Shown: one piece after another, positions 10,827 through 21,930 of the stretch | How the letters are laid out: each line of letters opens with the position of its first letter | Numbering within the stretch: position 1 is the stretch's first letter | Source: an uncultured Acidobacteriota bacterium | GTDB lineage: Bacteria > Acidobacteriota > Thermoanaerobaculia > Multivoradales > JAHEKO01 | Direction: 5' to 3' | Length of the DNA stretch: 64,000 bases | Assembly (NCBI GenBank): GCA_963719055.1 | Contig: CAVRAU010000024.1 | Location: 75,604 to 139,603, forward strand | Translations under genes and position numbers: made by a program | The notes under the pieces: model-generated | The model's input: only the letters and a program-made list of their open reading frames with translations | Databases searched by the model: none | Told to the model about the DNA's origin: nothing

Positions 10827-12439
10827 ATGAGTCTGAGATCGATGGCAGCCCTGCTGCTGGTAACGGTGATTGTCGGGTCACCACCGGTCACCGCCCAGGG
10901 TTTGATGCGTTTCTCGGTGACTCAGGTGCGACAGCTGGATGTCGGAGCCCCGGTCGTCAGGGCGTATCTCGACTTGACAGATACCGCGGGTCGGCCCCTT
11001 GAAGCTCTGCCCGAGTCCAGCCTCACCGCCACTCTCGGAGAGTGGCCCGCAGAGCCCGTCAACGTGGTGCCTTTCTCTGCAGTCCAACAAGGGATTGCCT
11101 ACGTGTTTCTCGTCGATATCTCCAAGTCGCTGAGCTCGGATCTCTTCCAGCAGATGGTGGGCGGCATCGAGACCTGGGTCGCCGGCATGAGCGAGCTGGA
11201 TCGGGCGGCGATCATCGCCTTCGGCGATTCCAGCCGGCTGATCGTCGACTTCACCGACTCCAGGGCAGAGCTGCTCACCGGTCTGGAGTCTCTAGGTCCG
11301 ACGGACAACGAGACCCTGCTCCACCAGGCTCTGGCCGATGCCCTCGATCTCAATCGGCGATTGGATGTGGATTTGCCAGGCCGGCGGGCCGTGGTGATCT
11401 TCAGCGATGGCAAGGACGAAGGCAGCGCCTTCGTAGGCGGAGGACATCCTGGCCAGGCTTCGAGACGACGGGTCACCCGTCTACGCCATCGGTTACAGCC
11501 GTCTGCGCGACCCCGCCGAGCGACAGACCTATCTCAACCTCCTTCAGCGATTCGCTTCCAACTCCGGCGGCGCTTTCTTCGCCACCGAGGAGACGCGCTT
11601 CGCCGAGGCCTACGAGTCCATCCGACAGACCATCCGTCAGGTCTGGATCACCGACTTTCTCTGCGCCGAGTGTCGGGCGGATGGCGGTCTCCACCGCTTG
11701 CAGGTACAGGTCACCCTCGACGAGCATGTGCTATCCAGTGGTGGTTCGGTACGTCTCCTACCCCTGGTGAAGAGCGCAGTGACGGCGCCAACCGAGTCCG
11801 CGCCCAGAGAGGCCTCTCCTGTCACGGTCGAGCCGGCGGCTCCCAGCGAGCCGAGGCGCGGCCTGCCCTCCGAGCTGGGACCGTGGTTGGTCGGGTTGGC
11901 TGTGTTGGCCGCAGTCCTCGTCCTCTGGGGAGTCCTCGCCGCACGCAAGCGCCGTCGGCGTCAGGAATTCCAGCCTGCAGCCCACACTCCGCCGCCATCT
12001 CCACCCATCGACCCCCTCAGCGAACCGTCGTGTCCTCGATCCGCCCTTTCCGGTGCCCCTACCCGGACAGCGGCCCTTCAGGCCACCAAAGAAGTTCGCC
12101 CCTCTGGCGCCGTCCAGCTCACCTCCTGCAGCGCCGCCGAAGCAGGTGCGACTGATCGTGGTTCGGGGTAGCCGCAAGGGTCGCCAGTACAGTTTCGTGG
12201 TCCGGGAACGAGCGGTGGTGGGCAAGCGATCCTCCAATGACTGCGTGCTTGCCGAAGAGAACGGCATCGACGCGGTCCAGTTCGAGCTCTTTCATGAACA
12301 CGGCGAGCTGTATATCGAGAACCTGTCGGACCGATTGCCGACACTGATCGCCGGTCACTCGCTGACAGGCAGGGTCCGTCTCGACAACGACACCCTGCTG
12401 GGCACTGGCGAGACGGTGCTGCGACTCGTCTTTCACTAG
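10827..12439 (+). CDS. Membrane-anchored VWA-domain protein with C-terminal FHA-like domain (frameshifted)
   Basis: Signal peptide; MIDAS motif VFLVDISKS...SDGKD; TM GPWLVGLAVLAAVLVLWGVLAARKRRRR; Pro-rich linker; FHA-like beta domain at 12140-12439. Confidence 0.75.
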
Positions 12440-12455
12440 ATCGACGATCGGCGGC

Positions 12456-15400
12456 TCAGTCGCGACTCATATTGGGCGGCGCGGGAGTCTCCGGATCGCC
12501 CGCATATCCTTCCAATTCCTCGAGCAGCACCTCCACCGCCTTCTCGATCGACGGGTCACCCCCCGCGGCTATAGCTTCCGGCAGATCCCAGATCTCGATG
12601 TCGGGCGCCACCCCGACATTCTCCACTGCCCACTGACCGTCGGTGTCGTAGAGTCGGAATCGCGGATACAGCACCCCGCCACCGTCCACCAGCATGGGGT
12701 TGCCCGAGATACCGATGAGACCTCCCCAGGTCGTGGTACCGATGAGTGGACCCAGGCCCTCCTTGCGGAAGTAGTAGGGCAGGGCGTCGCCACCCGAGGA
12801 GGCATAACCATTGATCAACATCGCCTTGGGGCCATCATGTCGATAGCCGGGTGTGCGTATCGAATCGATCCCTCGTCGGGCCCAATAGGACAACGTGGTC
12901 CTCGACAGCATCTCGATCATCCGGTCCGGGATGAACCCACCCCCGTTGTACCGGTCATCGATGATCAGGCCAGGCTTGCTGACCTGACTGTAGAAGAACT
13001 TCTGCAGCGCTTCGTTGCCTTCCCCGCGCGGTGTCAGGCAGATGGATATAGCCGATCTTGCCTCCGGAGAGCTCCTCCACGAGGGCTGCCCGGCTGACGA
13101 TCCAATCCAGATAGCGCAGAGGGCGCTCGGTCGTGAGGGTGCGGACCACTTCTTCGCGAGCCCCGGTCATCGACGGCTGGGAGTTCAGGGTCAGGGTGAC
13201 CTGCTGATCTCCTTTGCCCTCGAGCAATTGGTAGGGATTCTGGGAAGTCGTCAGATCGATACCGTCGATGGCCAAGAGGAAATCGCCTTCCTCGACTTCC
13301 ACACCCTGCTCCGTCAGCGGCGAGCGGTAGGTGTCATTCCAGTTCTCGCCAGGAAAGATCTTGGCGATGCGAAAGCGACCGGAAGCATCGGCCACCAACT
13401 CGGCGCCCAGCATGCCGCCCTCGACCCTCTCCACCGTCAGCTCATCCCCCCGCTGTCCATACGTGTGACCGGCCTCGAGCTCGCCGATCATCTCGCTGAA
13501 GATGAAGTCGAGATCGCTGCGATGAGAGATATGGGGTACGAGAGCTCCGTATCGTTCTTTCATGGCCAGCCAGTCGATGCCGTGCATCTGGGGGTCGTAG
13601 AACCAGTCGCGCCCTACCCGCCAAGCCTCGTCGAACATCTGCGCCCACTCAGCTCTCGGGTTCGAGCCTCATGCGCAGGCCTGAAAGATCCAGGGCCTCA
13701 CCGTTCTCCCCCGGCTTGGCTGCCGCGATCTTCCAGTCGTCGCCCTGTCGATAGAGCACCTTCTCGCCCTGGGCTCCGACCACGTACTGCCCGACCCCCG
13801 AGGCGATTTCCTTCTCTTCCTTCTTCTCCAGGTCATAGTGCATCAGTGCCGGCGGGTCGCCATTGGACATCTTCAGATAGAGCACGGCTCCTTCGACCGC
13901 CGTGAGAGCACCGTAGTTGCCGGCATCGACTCCAGGCAGCGCCACCGTGCGATTGGCAATCCTCTCGGCGACCACGTTGACCTCTGGGGTCTTCTCCTGG
14001 TCGCCGTTCTCCTTCTTCTCGTCCTCACTCTTCCTCCCCTCCATCGATCTCGACCTCATCGCTTTCGAGTGGGAAGAGGGGTTCGGTGCCGGGCTCGAGC
14101 GCCGCGGCGAAGATGCGGCTGGCGTCGTTGTAGATGTAGTTGAACTCGAACTCCGAGAAGCTCAGGTTGTAGTCGCGATCACTCTGAAAGAAGAGGTACT
14201 TGCCGTCCTGGCTGAAGGCGGGGTTGTAGTCGAAGGTCAGACCGTCGCCCAGGAGAGAGATCGACTTCCGGGCCAGCGAATAGACCGCCAGGGTCGGTAG
14301 CTCGGTCTCTGGATGAGTCGTCTCGTAGACGATCCATCGGCTGTCCGGTGACCAGCGATAGGTATCGAGATGCCCACGCTGCCCCTCGTCGACAGCCGTC
14401 AGGCTGCCGGTCTCCACATCCAGGATCTCCAGACCGTTGTTGCTGTTCGCGAACGCGAGCTTCTTGGCATCCGGGCTCCAGCGCGCTGGATAGCGCCATA
14501 CCGAGCTGCCCTCGGTCAACGGACGGGGTTCGCCCTGACCATCATGGGGCTTCACATAGAGCTCCATCTCACCGCTGACATCCGAGTAGTAGGCGATCCA
14601 GGCGCCGTCGGGAGACCAGGCAGGAGAGCTCTCCCGCACACCCTGGGTTTGGGTCAGATTGCGGGTGGGGCCGTTCTTGGCCGGCACGGTGTACAGATCG
14701 CCACGCGCCTCGAAAACAACTCTCTTGCCGTCTGGGGAAAGATCCGCCTCCTCGACATGCTCGCTGGCGTCGATCCAGCGCGACAGCGTCGCCGCCAACT
14801 CGTCTCCGACCGTGATGGAGATCTTGGTGACTTCTTCCGTCTCCAGATCCAGACGATACAGCCAACCACCATTCATGAAGACGATGGCGTCGGGACCCAG
14901 GCTCGGCCACAACACGTCGTACTCATCGAAATCGGTGACTTTCCGGGTCTGCCCGGTCGTCGTCTCGTAGGCGAAGAGGTTCAGCGTATGTTCGCGATCG
15001 GAAGTGAAGTAGATCGTGTCCCGGTGCCACATCGGGAAGTTGTCACTGCCCTGCCAGTCGGTCAGGCGCTTGGACTGCATGGCCTCCAGATCGAAGGTCC
15101 AGATGTCCTGATTGCGGCCACCCATGTGACGCTTCCAGGTGCGGAACTCGCGATCGAAATAGGTGAATGCAAGCTGCGATCCGCTGGGCGAGAAATCAGC
15201 GCTACCACCGACCTGGATCGGCAACGGCTCCTCGAGACCCCCGGCTGGGTCGACCAGGAAATAGCGACCCGGGCGTCGACCCCAGGGTGTGCGATTCATC
15301 CGCACCAGGATCTTGCCCTCGGGGCTCCAACCCTGGATCCAGTAGTCGAATCCGCCTCGCGGTGGCATGACACCGACGTCGTTGTAGAACGTCAACTGCT

Positions 15401-15714
15401 TGGGCTGGCCGCCCGCTGTCGGAATCACGTACACCTGCCGGCTGCCGCTGTACTGGGCGGAGTAGGCCACCCAGAGACCGTCGGGAGAGATCTTGGGCGT
15501 GAGCTCAACGCCCTCGTGCGAGGTCAGACGCCAGGCTTGACCGCCCGTTGAGGGCGCGCGCCATAGATCTCCGGCGTAGGTAAAAACGACGAAGTCGTGG
15601 TGAATCGTCGGATAGCGCAGGATTCGCGCCTCATCGGCGCCAGCCAGTGCCGGAATCGACAGCGGTAATAGCCACGAGCAAAAACAGACAGACGGAGCGG
15701 CAAAAACGGATCAT
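12456..15714 (-). CDS. Tricorn-like protease (peptidase S41 with PD40 propellers and PDZ) (frameshifted)
   Basis: Signal peptide, LRYPTIHHDFVVFTYAGDLW, propeller repeats, GMLGAEL PDZ domain, IGYIHLPDT, catalytic GYASSGGD and TWGG motifs. Confidence 0.9.
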
Positions 15715-15855
15715 CTCTTTCTCCGGGAGATATGGTTGGGTAGTGGCAAGGGCCGGAGCCGAGGCCAGCCGGCCAATAGTGTAACGGATCACGGAACTGA
15801 ACAGGGGGTCGTCCTCTCCCCTACAGAGGGCTCAGCCGATAGACTCCCAGCTATC

Positions 15856-16279
15856 ATGACCAACGTCGAACGAGGTCTTCAGATTCTGCTGCGGATCGGC
15901 GGGATCACGATGCTGTCGGCTTTCTTCGCGATCTTTCTGCCGGTGCGTTGGATGGCCGTCACCCACGAATGGCTCGGGTCTGGGTGAGTTTCCGGCTTCA
16001 CCCCTGGTCGACTATCTGACTCGCTCGGCTTCGCTCTTGTACGCCTGGCACGGGGGACTTCTTCTGGTGGTCTCCACTGACATCCGGCGGTACCGGCCCC
16101 TGCTGGTCTACCTCGGAATCGCCACCGCCATCGGCGGGCTGATCCTCCTGGGCATCGATCTGCATGCAGAAATGCCGGCCTATTGGACCCTGTGGGAGGG
16201 ACCCCCCGTCACACTGATCGGCATTCTGATGATCTGGTTGGCCCTCCGGATACGGAGCATGGATGAACTCGCAGACTGA
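15856..16279 (+). CDS. Small hydrophobic membrane protein (about four TM segments; frameshifted)
   Basis: MTNVERGLQILLRIGG... continues after an indel near 15980 as ...YLTRSASLLYAWHGGLLLVVSTDIRRYRPL.... Confidence 0.65.
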
Positions 16280-18548
16280 CCGCATCACGACCATAGTCGC
16301 CTTCGTCGCAGCGCTGCTCTGTCTCTTGCTAACGGTAGTTCGGGCACGTCCCCCGGCTCCCCGGGAGCCCACGACCGAGGGCTCGTTTTCCGCCGTTTCC
16401 GCGCAGGCAGTCCTCGAGGATCTCTATGCCACGGGTGTGACCCACCCCATCGGTACTGAGAACAATCGCCTCCTCAAGGAACAGATCCTCGACCACCTGC
16501 GCAAGATCGGCTACGAACCGACGGTTCAGAGCACCATGGCCTGCTGGGACAGCGGTGGCTGTGGGCACGTGGAGAACATCCTGGCACGGCTTGAAGGCAA
16601 GGGTACCGGCAAGGCGGTGCTGCTGGCCGTCCACTACGACGGTGTCGGCGCCGGGCCATCGGTTTCTGATGATGGCGTCGCGGTCGCGGCCACACTCGAG
16701 ATTGCTCGGATTCTCAAGTCCGGACCTCAGCTCGAGAACGACGTCATCTTTCTGATCGACGATGGCGAGGAGGCCTTTCTTCTCGGCGCCGTGGCCTTTG
16801 CCGCCAAGCACCCTTGGGCCCAGGATGTCGGGGCAGTCGTCAACCTGGAAGCGCGGGGATCCAGCGGCCGCAGCTACATGTTCGAGACCGGCACCAACAA
16901 CGCCTGGCTCATCGACCTGATGAAGAGGAACGTGCCCCGGCCTGCCACGAGCTCGCTGTTCTACTCGATCTACCAGCGGCTGCCCAACGATACGGACTTC
17001 ACGGTCTTCAAGCACTACGGGATGAACGGCGTCAATTTCGCCTTTATCGGCGACGTGGCTCACTACCACACCCCCTTGGACGATCTGGTCCACGTCACCT
17101 CGGCGACCCTGCAACATCAAGGCGAGAATGCCCTCGGTATGGTTCGCGCTCTGGCCGAGACCGACCTTGACTCGCCACCGACGGGGACCTCCTCCTGGTT
17201 CGACGTCTGGGGCTTTGGAATTCTCTCGTGGCCGGAGACCTGGAATCTGCCGTTGGCGATTCTCAGCCTCTCTGCTCGTGGGGCTCGCGTCAGGGGTCGA
17301 TTGGCGCCGAGGAGAGCTTTCGAAAGCCCAGATCTGGAGAGGTCTGGTGCTCTTCCCTGTCACGCTTCTTGGAGCCACCCTGCTCGCTTTGATCGCCGCT
17401 TGGGTTCTCTCCTCCCTCGGCAAGTTGCCCGACTGGCCTGCCGCCGCCTGGGCGCCCAAGGTCGCGTTCTGGTTGATCGGCATCGCTACCGGCTCGCTGG
17501 TGATCTCGATCATGGGTCGCAAAACGGGGGGTCACGCCACCTGGCTGGGATCCCTCTTCTGGCTCGGGATCTTGGCCGTCCTGGTCTCGGCGGTGCTTCC
17601 AGGTGCCACGTTTCTCTTTCTGGTTCCGGCCTTGGTCGGTGGCGGTCATGACTGTTCTGGCATCTGTCTGGAGAGCTCCTTGGGCCAGGCGATTCGGCGT
17701 CGCCTCGACCGTTGTGGCCGCTGGCGCGACTCAACTGAGCACGGCTTGGAGCCTCTGGGAGGCCATGGGGATCACGATCATGCCTGTGGTGACGTTCTTC
17801 GTGGCCGCGATCATCACACTGGTCCTCGCACCTTCGGCCGAGAGGCTCGGAACCGGCAACCGCAAAGCACCCCTGCTGGGTCTTGCACTCGCTGGCGCGT
17901 TTGTACTGGTCGCGCTTGTCCTTCCCGCTTACTCGGAGGAGAGTCCGCGGGCGCTCAATATCCACTTTGTGCAAGACGCTGCCGCTGGCGAGGCCAGGCT
18001 CGCCGTCCTGCCCCGTCCGCGTTCGCTACCGGATTCCCTGGCCACCGCTGTCGACTGGAACGACGAGCTGGAAAGGTTCTATCCCTGGGACGACACAGAA
18101 CCCGCCTTCCTGACCGCCGACGTCGAAGCGCTGCCCGTGTCGCCGCCGCAGATCGAACTTCTCGAGCAGGAGGAAACCGAGATCGGCCGGCGGATTCGGG
18201 CTCGCTTCCACTCCCCTCGCCAAGCCGCGCGAGGAGCCCTGGTGTTCGACGAACCCGCAGCGTATCGAGTCGTTGCGTCTCGAAGGATGGGATTTCGATC
18301 TACAGACGGAGGAGATCCGGGCCTGGTACCCCGATGGCCGGCGTGTCGTTCGATTCGCCACGATGCCGGCGACGGGAATCGAATTCGAGGTCACCGTGAC
18401 AGGCAGCGAGCCCTTCCTCGTCTTTGTGGTCGACTACTCCTACGGTTTGCCGCCGGTTGGCGATCCCGTGACGAAGGCCCGCCCATCGAATGTGGTGCCC
18501 ATCGGCCGGGGGGATCTGACCATCGTGCACACCAGGGTGGAGCTCTGA
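16263..18548 (+). CDS. Membrane-bound M28 family metallopeptidase (ERMP1/Fxna-like) (frameshifted)
   Basis: VHYDGV, SDDG, DGEE, VNLEARG, PNDTDF and HYHT motifs followed by multiple TM helices. Spread over four ORFs. Confidence 0.85.
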
Positions 18549-18555
18549 GAAAAGG

Positions 18556-19443
18556 ATGGAACCCATGCAAGAGATTTCGAGCGAGTTTCCCTTCACCTCC
18601 CGATTCGTCGAGGTGAACGGTTCCAAGATGCACTACATCGACGAGGGTGAGGGAGATCCAATCCTCTTTCTGCACGGCAATCCGACCTCGTCGTATCTCT
18701 GGCGAAACATCATCCCTCACGTCACGGGGATGGCTCGCGCCATCGCCCCCGATCTCATCGGCATGGGCCGATCCGACAAGCCCGCCATCGACTATCGATT
18801 TCTCGAGCATTCGAGCTACGTTGATGGATTCATCGAAGCTCTGGGTCTCGAGAACATCACTCTCGTGATTCACGACTGGGGCTCGGCCCTGGGGTTTCAC
18901 TATGCCCGTCGGCACGAAGACAATGTGAAGGCCCTCGCCTTCATGGAGGCGATTCTGGCGCCTGTACCGAGCTGGGATGATCTTCCCCCGGACTTCCAAC
19001 AGATCTTCAAGATGTTCCGCACGCCCGAGGTGGGCTGGAACATGATCGTCAACCAGAACTTCTTTGTCGAGAAGATCCTTCCTGGATCCGTCGTCCGTGC
19101 TCTGACGGACAAGGAGATGGACCGCTACCGCGAACCCTTCATCGATGTGGACAGCCGCAAACCCCTGTGGCGTTGGCCCAACGAGATCCCCATCGAAGGC
19201 GAACCGCCCGAGGTCGTGGAGGTGGTGAGCCGCTACAACCTCTGGCTGCAGGAGACGGAGCTACCCAAGTTGATGTTCTATGCGACCCCCGGAGCCCTCA
19301 TGACCGCACCCGTCGTGGCTTGGGCTTCCAAGGCGTTCAAGAACCTCACAGCCATCGATATCGGAGCGGGGATCCACTTCGTCCAGGAAGATGCGCCTCA
19401 GCTCATCGGCCAGGGTCTCGCCAGCTGGTACGGGGAGCTTTGA
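18556..19443 (+). CDS. dhaA: Haloalkane dehalogenase (HLD-II, DhaA/LinB-like)
   Basis: LHGNPTSSYLWRN, PDLIGMG, nucleophile HDWG, catalytic acid FMEA, catalytic His in IHFVQED. Confidence 0.9.
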   Translation: MEPMQEISSEFPFTSRFVEVNGSKMHYIDEGEGDPILFLHGNPTSSYLWRNIIPHVTGMARAIAPDLIGMGRSDKPAIDYRFLEHSSYVDGFIEALGLENITLVIHDWGSALGFHYARRHEDNVKALAFMEAILAPVPSWDDLPPDFQQIFKMFRTPEVGWNMIVNQNFFVEKILPGSVVRALTDKEMDRYREPFIDVDSRKPLWRWPNEIPIEGEPPEVVEVVSRYNLWLQETELPKLMFYATPGALMTAPVVAWASKAFKNLTAIDIGAGIHFVQEDAPQLIGQGLASWYGEL

Positions 19444-19519
19444 CGGGCAGCTACAGGTCGGACATCGGGTCACGAGAACCACGACATCGTCGCTTGGGAG
19501 ATTCTCAACTCCTCTGTCG

Positions 19520-20557
19520 CTACCAGGTTCTGGTGATCTTGCTCAATTGACGAGGGGATTCCGTGTCGTAGCCCATGGCTCGGGTCAAGTGATAGCAAAA
19601 GAGCTGGGCGGGCACGATGTCCACCAAGGGGCTGATCCACTCAGGCAGGTCCGTGGGCAGCTCCAGAGGAGTCTCGGCGACCTCGAAGGCCTGCGGCTCG
19701 TTGGAAAGCACCAGGATCTCCGCCTGATGCTCGTGGGCCAACTTGGTGAGCAGGCCCATCAGATCCTCGAATACCGCTCCGCCAGGGGCGACCGCCAACA
19801 CCGGAAACCCCTGCGAGACGATCGCCACCGGGCCGTGCTGAAAATCGGCTGACGAGTAAGGCTCGGCGACGATGTAGGCCAACTCCTTGAGCTTTAGAGA
19901 CCATTCATAGGCGGTGGCGTAGTTGAAACCACGACCCAGGACAACACACTGGCTCATGTATCGGTATCGCTGAGCGGCGGTCTCGATGCGCTCGTCCAAG
20001 CCGAGGGTCTCCTTCACCAGCGTTGGAACTCGCTGGAGTTGCTCCAGCAGCTCGGGATCACCGCTCATGGCCGCCGACAAGAGCGCTATCGACAGCAGCT
20101 GGGTCGTATAGGTCTTGGTGGCGGCGATGGCATTCTCGGCACCGGCCCTGGTCAGCAGAACCAACTCGGCCTCCCGCGCCAGTGGTGAATCAGGGTCGTT
20201 GGTGATGGCCAACGTCAATGCCCCCTGCCGACGGCCCTCCGTTACCACGCTGACGATGTCGGGCGACTGGCCCGACTGGGAGATGCCGAGGACAAGTTGA
20301 TCTCCGATGTCAGGGGGCCTGGCATAGGTGGTAAACAGTGAAGGTGCCGCCAGAGCCACGGGCAACCTGTTGGTGAAGCCGAATAGATACTTGGCGTAGA
20401 GGCCGGCGTTGTCCGAGCTGCCACGAGCGGCCAGGAAAACGGAGCGGATGCCGCGGTCGCGAATCTCCCGCGCCATCTCGATGGCCACCTCTTGCTGGGA
20501 CTCCAACAAACCCTGGAGCACTTCCGGTTGTTCGAAGATTTCGCTTTTCAGACTCAT
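19520..20557 (-). CDS. Double-SIS-domain sugar-phosphate isomerase/deaminase (GlmS C-terminal-like, no glutaminase domain)
   Basis: EIFEQP, ARGSS, ISQSGQSPD, AATKTYT, LGRG, ELKLKE-like WSLKLKE, FQHGP. Confidence 0.85.
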   Translation of the reverse strand: MSLKSEIFEQPEVLQGLLESQQEVAIEMAREIRDRGIRSVFLAARGSSDNAGLYAKYLFGFTNRLPVALAAPSLFTTYARPPDIGDQLVLGISQSGQSPDIVSVVTEGRRQGALTLAITNDPDSPLAREAELVLLTRAGAENAIAATKTYTTQLLSIALLSAAMSGDPELLEQLQRVPTLVKETLGLDERIETAAQRYRYMSQCVVLGRGFNYATAYEWSLKLKELAYIVAEPYSSADFQHGPVAIVSQGFPVLAVAPGGAVFEDLMGLLTKLAHEHQAEILVLSNEPQAFEVAETPLELPTDLPEWISPLVDIVPAQLFCYHLTRAMGYDTESPRQLSKITRTW

Positions 20558-20647
20558 GGGCTTCGAGCCAGAAGTCTAGCAACATCAAGGTTGGTACATA
20601 ATCAGCGTTCAGATCGACCGAAGGTTGGCTAGAGAGAACAGTCTGAA

Positions 20648-21901
20648 ATGGAACGAGTCGCCGTCCTGGGCGCCGGGATCTCCGGGTTGAGCTCTGCCGT
20701 TCTCCTCAAGGAGAAGGGCTACGACGTCCGTCTGTTCGAGGCCTCCGACCAGGTCGGTGGCCTGGCTCGCAGCTTCGATTGGCACGGCTTTCATTGCGAC
20801 ATCGCCCCCCACCGTCTCTTTACCCGCGACAAGGAGGCCAAGGAGAGACTGCTCGAGCTGGTGCCCATGCATCGCCACCAGCGACGCAGCCGCATCTTCA
20901 TCGCCGGCCGGATCGTCCGCGACCCGGTCAATCCGTTGGAGTTGATGCTGCGCCTGTCGCCCCGCATCAGCAGTCGACTGGTGTGGGGGTATCTCTTCAA
21001 ACCCAAACTGCCAGAGGACTCCTTCGAAAACCTGGCGCTCAACAAGTTCGGGCGCGGCCTCTACGAGTTCTTCTTCAAGCCCTACACCACCAAGATGTTC
21101 GGGGTCACACCCGCGGAGATCTCGGTCACCTGGGGCAGGCAGAAGCTCCGCGTCTCGGGTCTGCGCGATGTGATCCGCCGTGACACCAAGATCTTCTTCC
21201 GCGAGTTTCACTACCCAAAAGAAGGTGGCTACGGTGCCATCTGCCATGCCCTGGCCGATCGTGTCTCGGACAGCACCCTGTTGAACTCGAAAGTGATTGC
21301 CCTCGAAACGGACGACAGTCGGATCAGCGCCGTCCGCTACGAGACCCAGGGAGAAGAACGGCGCTTCGAGTGCGATCGTCTCGTCTCGACTCTGCCGGCG
21401 ACGGTGCTTGGCAGAATGCTGGGGCACCACTTCAACCTGCGATTCCAGTCCGTGGTGCTGGTGTATCTGCTGATCGATAAACCCCAGGTCATGCCCTATC
21501 ACTGGATCTACTTCGGCGACAGCGATGTGGTGATCAACCGCATGTCCGAGTTCAAGAACTTCGCCCATGCGGGGACACCGGAGGATCGGACCGCCCTGGT
21601 CGCGGAGGTGACGATTCCATCGGCCGATCCGCTCGATGACGTTTTGAGTGCGCTGGAGCGCTACGACCTGGTGCGCCGGCAGGACGTTCTCGACAGCATG
21701 CTGCTCCAGGAGCGGTTCGCCTATCCCGTCTATGATCGTGACTACGACAAGGCCATGTCGGAGTCGCAGGAGGTTTTCGGGCGTTTCGACAACCTGCATC
21801 TGGTCGGACGCAACGCCGAGTTTCGACATATCGAAGTCGACGAAGCGTTCGCCTCGGCTCTCGCCATGGTCCGATCGTTGACCTCGGAACAGACTCCCTA
21901 G
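20648..21901 (+). CDS. FAD-dependent oxidoreductase (protoporphyrinogen oxidase-like / Glf-like, glycan-locus type)
   Basis: VAVLGAGISGL, EASDQVGGLARS, PHRLF, FHYPKEGGYG, VGRNAEF. Confidence 0.75.
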   Translation: MERVAVLGAGISGLSSAVLLKEKGYDVRLFEASDQVGGLARSFDWHGFHCDIAPHRLFTRDKEAKERLLELVPMHRHQRRSRIFIAGRIVRDPVNPLELMLRLSPRISSRLVWGYLFKPKLPEDSFENLALNKFGRGLYEFFFKPYTTKMFGVTPAEISVTWGRQKLRVSGLRDVIRRDTKIFFREFHYPKEGGYGAICHALADRVSDSTLLNSKVIALETDDSRISAVRYETQGEERRFECDRLVSTLPATVLGRMLGHHFNLRFQSVVLVYLLIDKPQVMPYHWIYFGDSDVVINRMSEFKNFAHAGTPEDRTALVAEVTIPSADPLDDVLSALERYDLVRRQDVLDSMLLQERFAYPVYDRDYDKAMSESQEVFGRFDNLHLVGRNAEFRHIEVDEAFASALAMVRSLTSEQTP

Positions 21902-21930
21902 GCGACTCCTGGAGATCGCCGCATCGAGTG

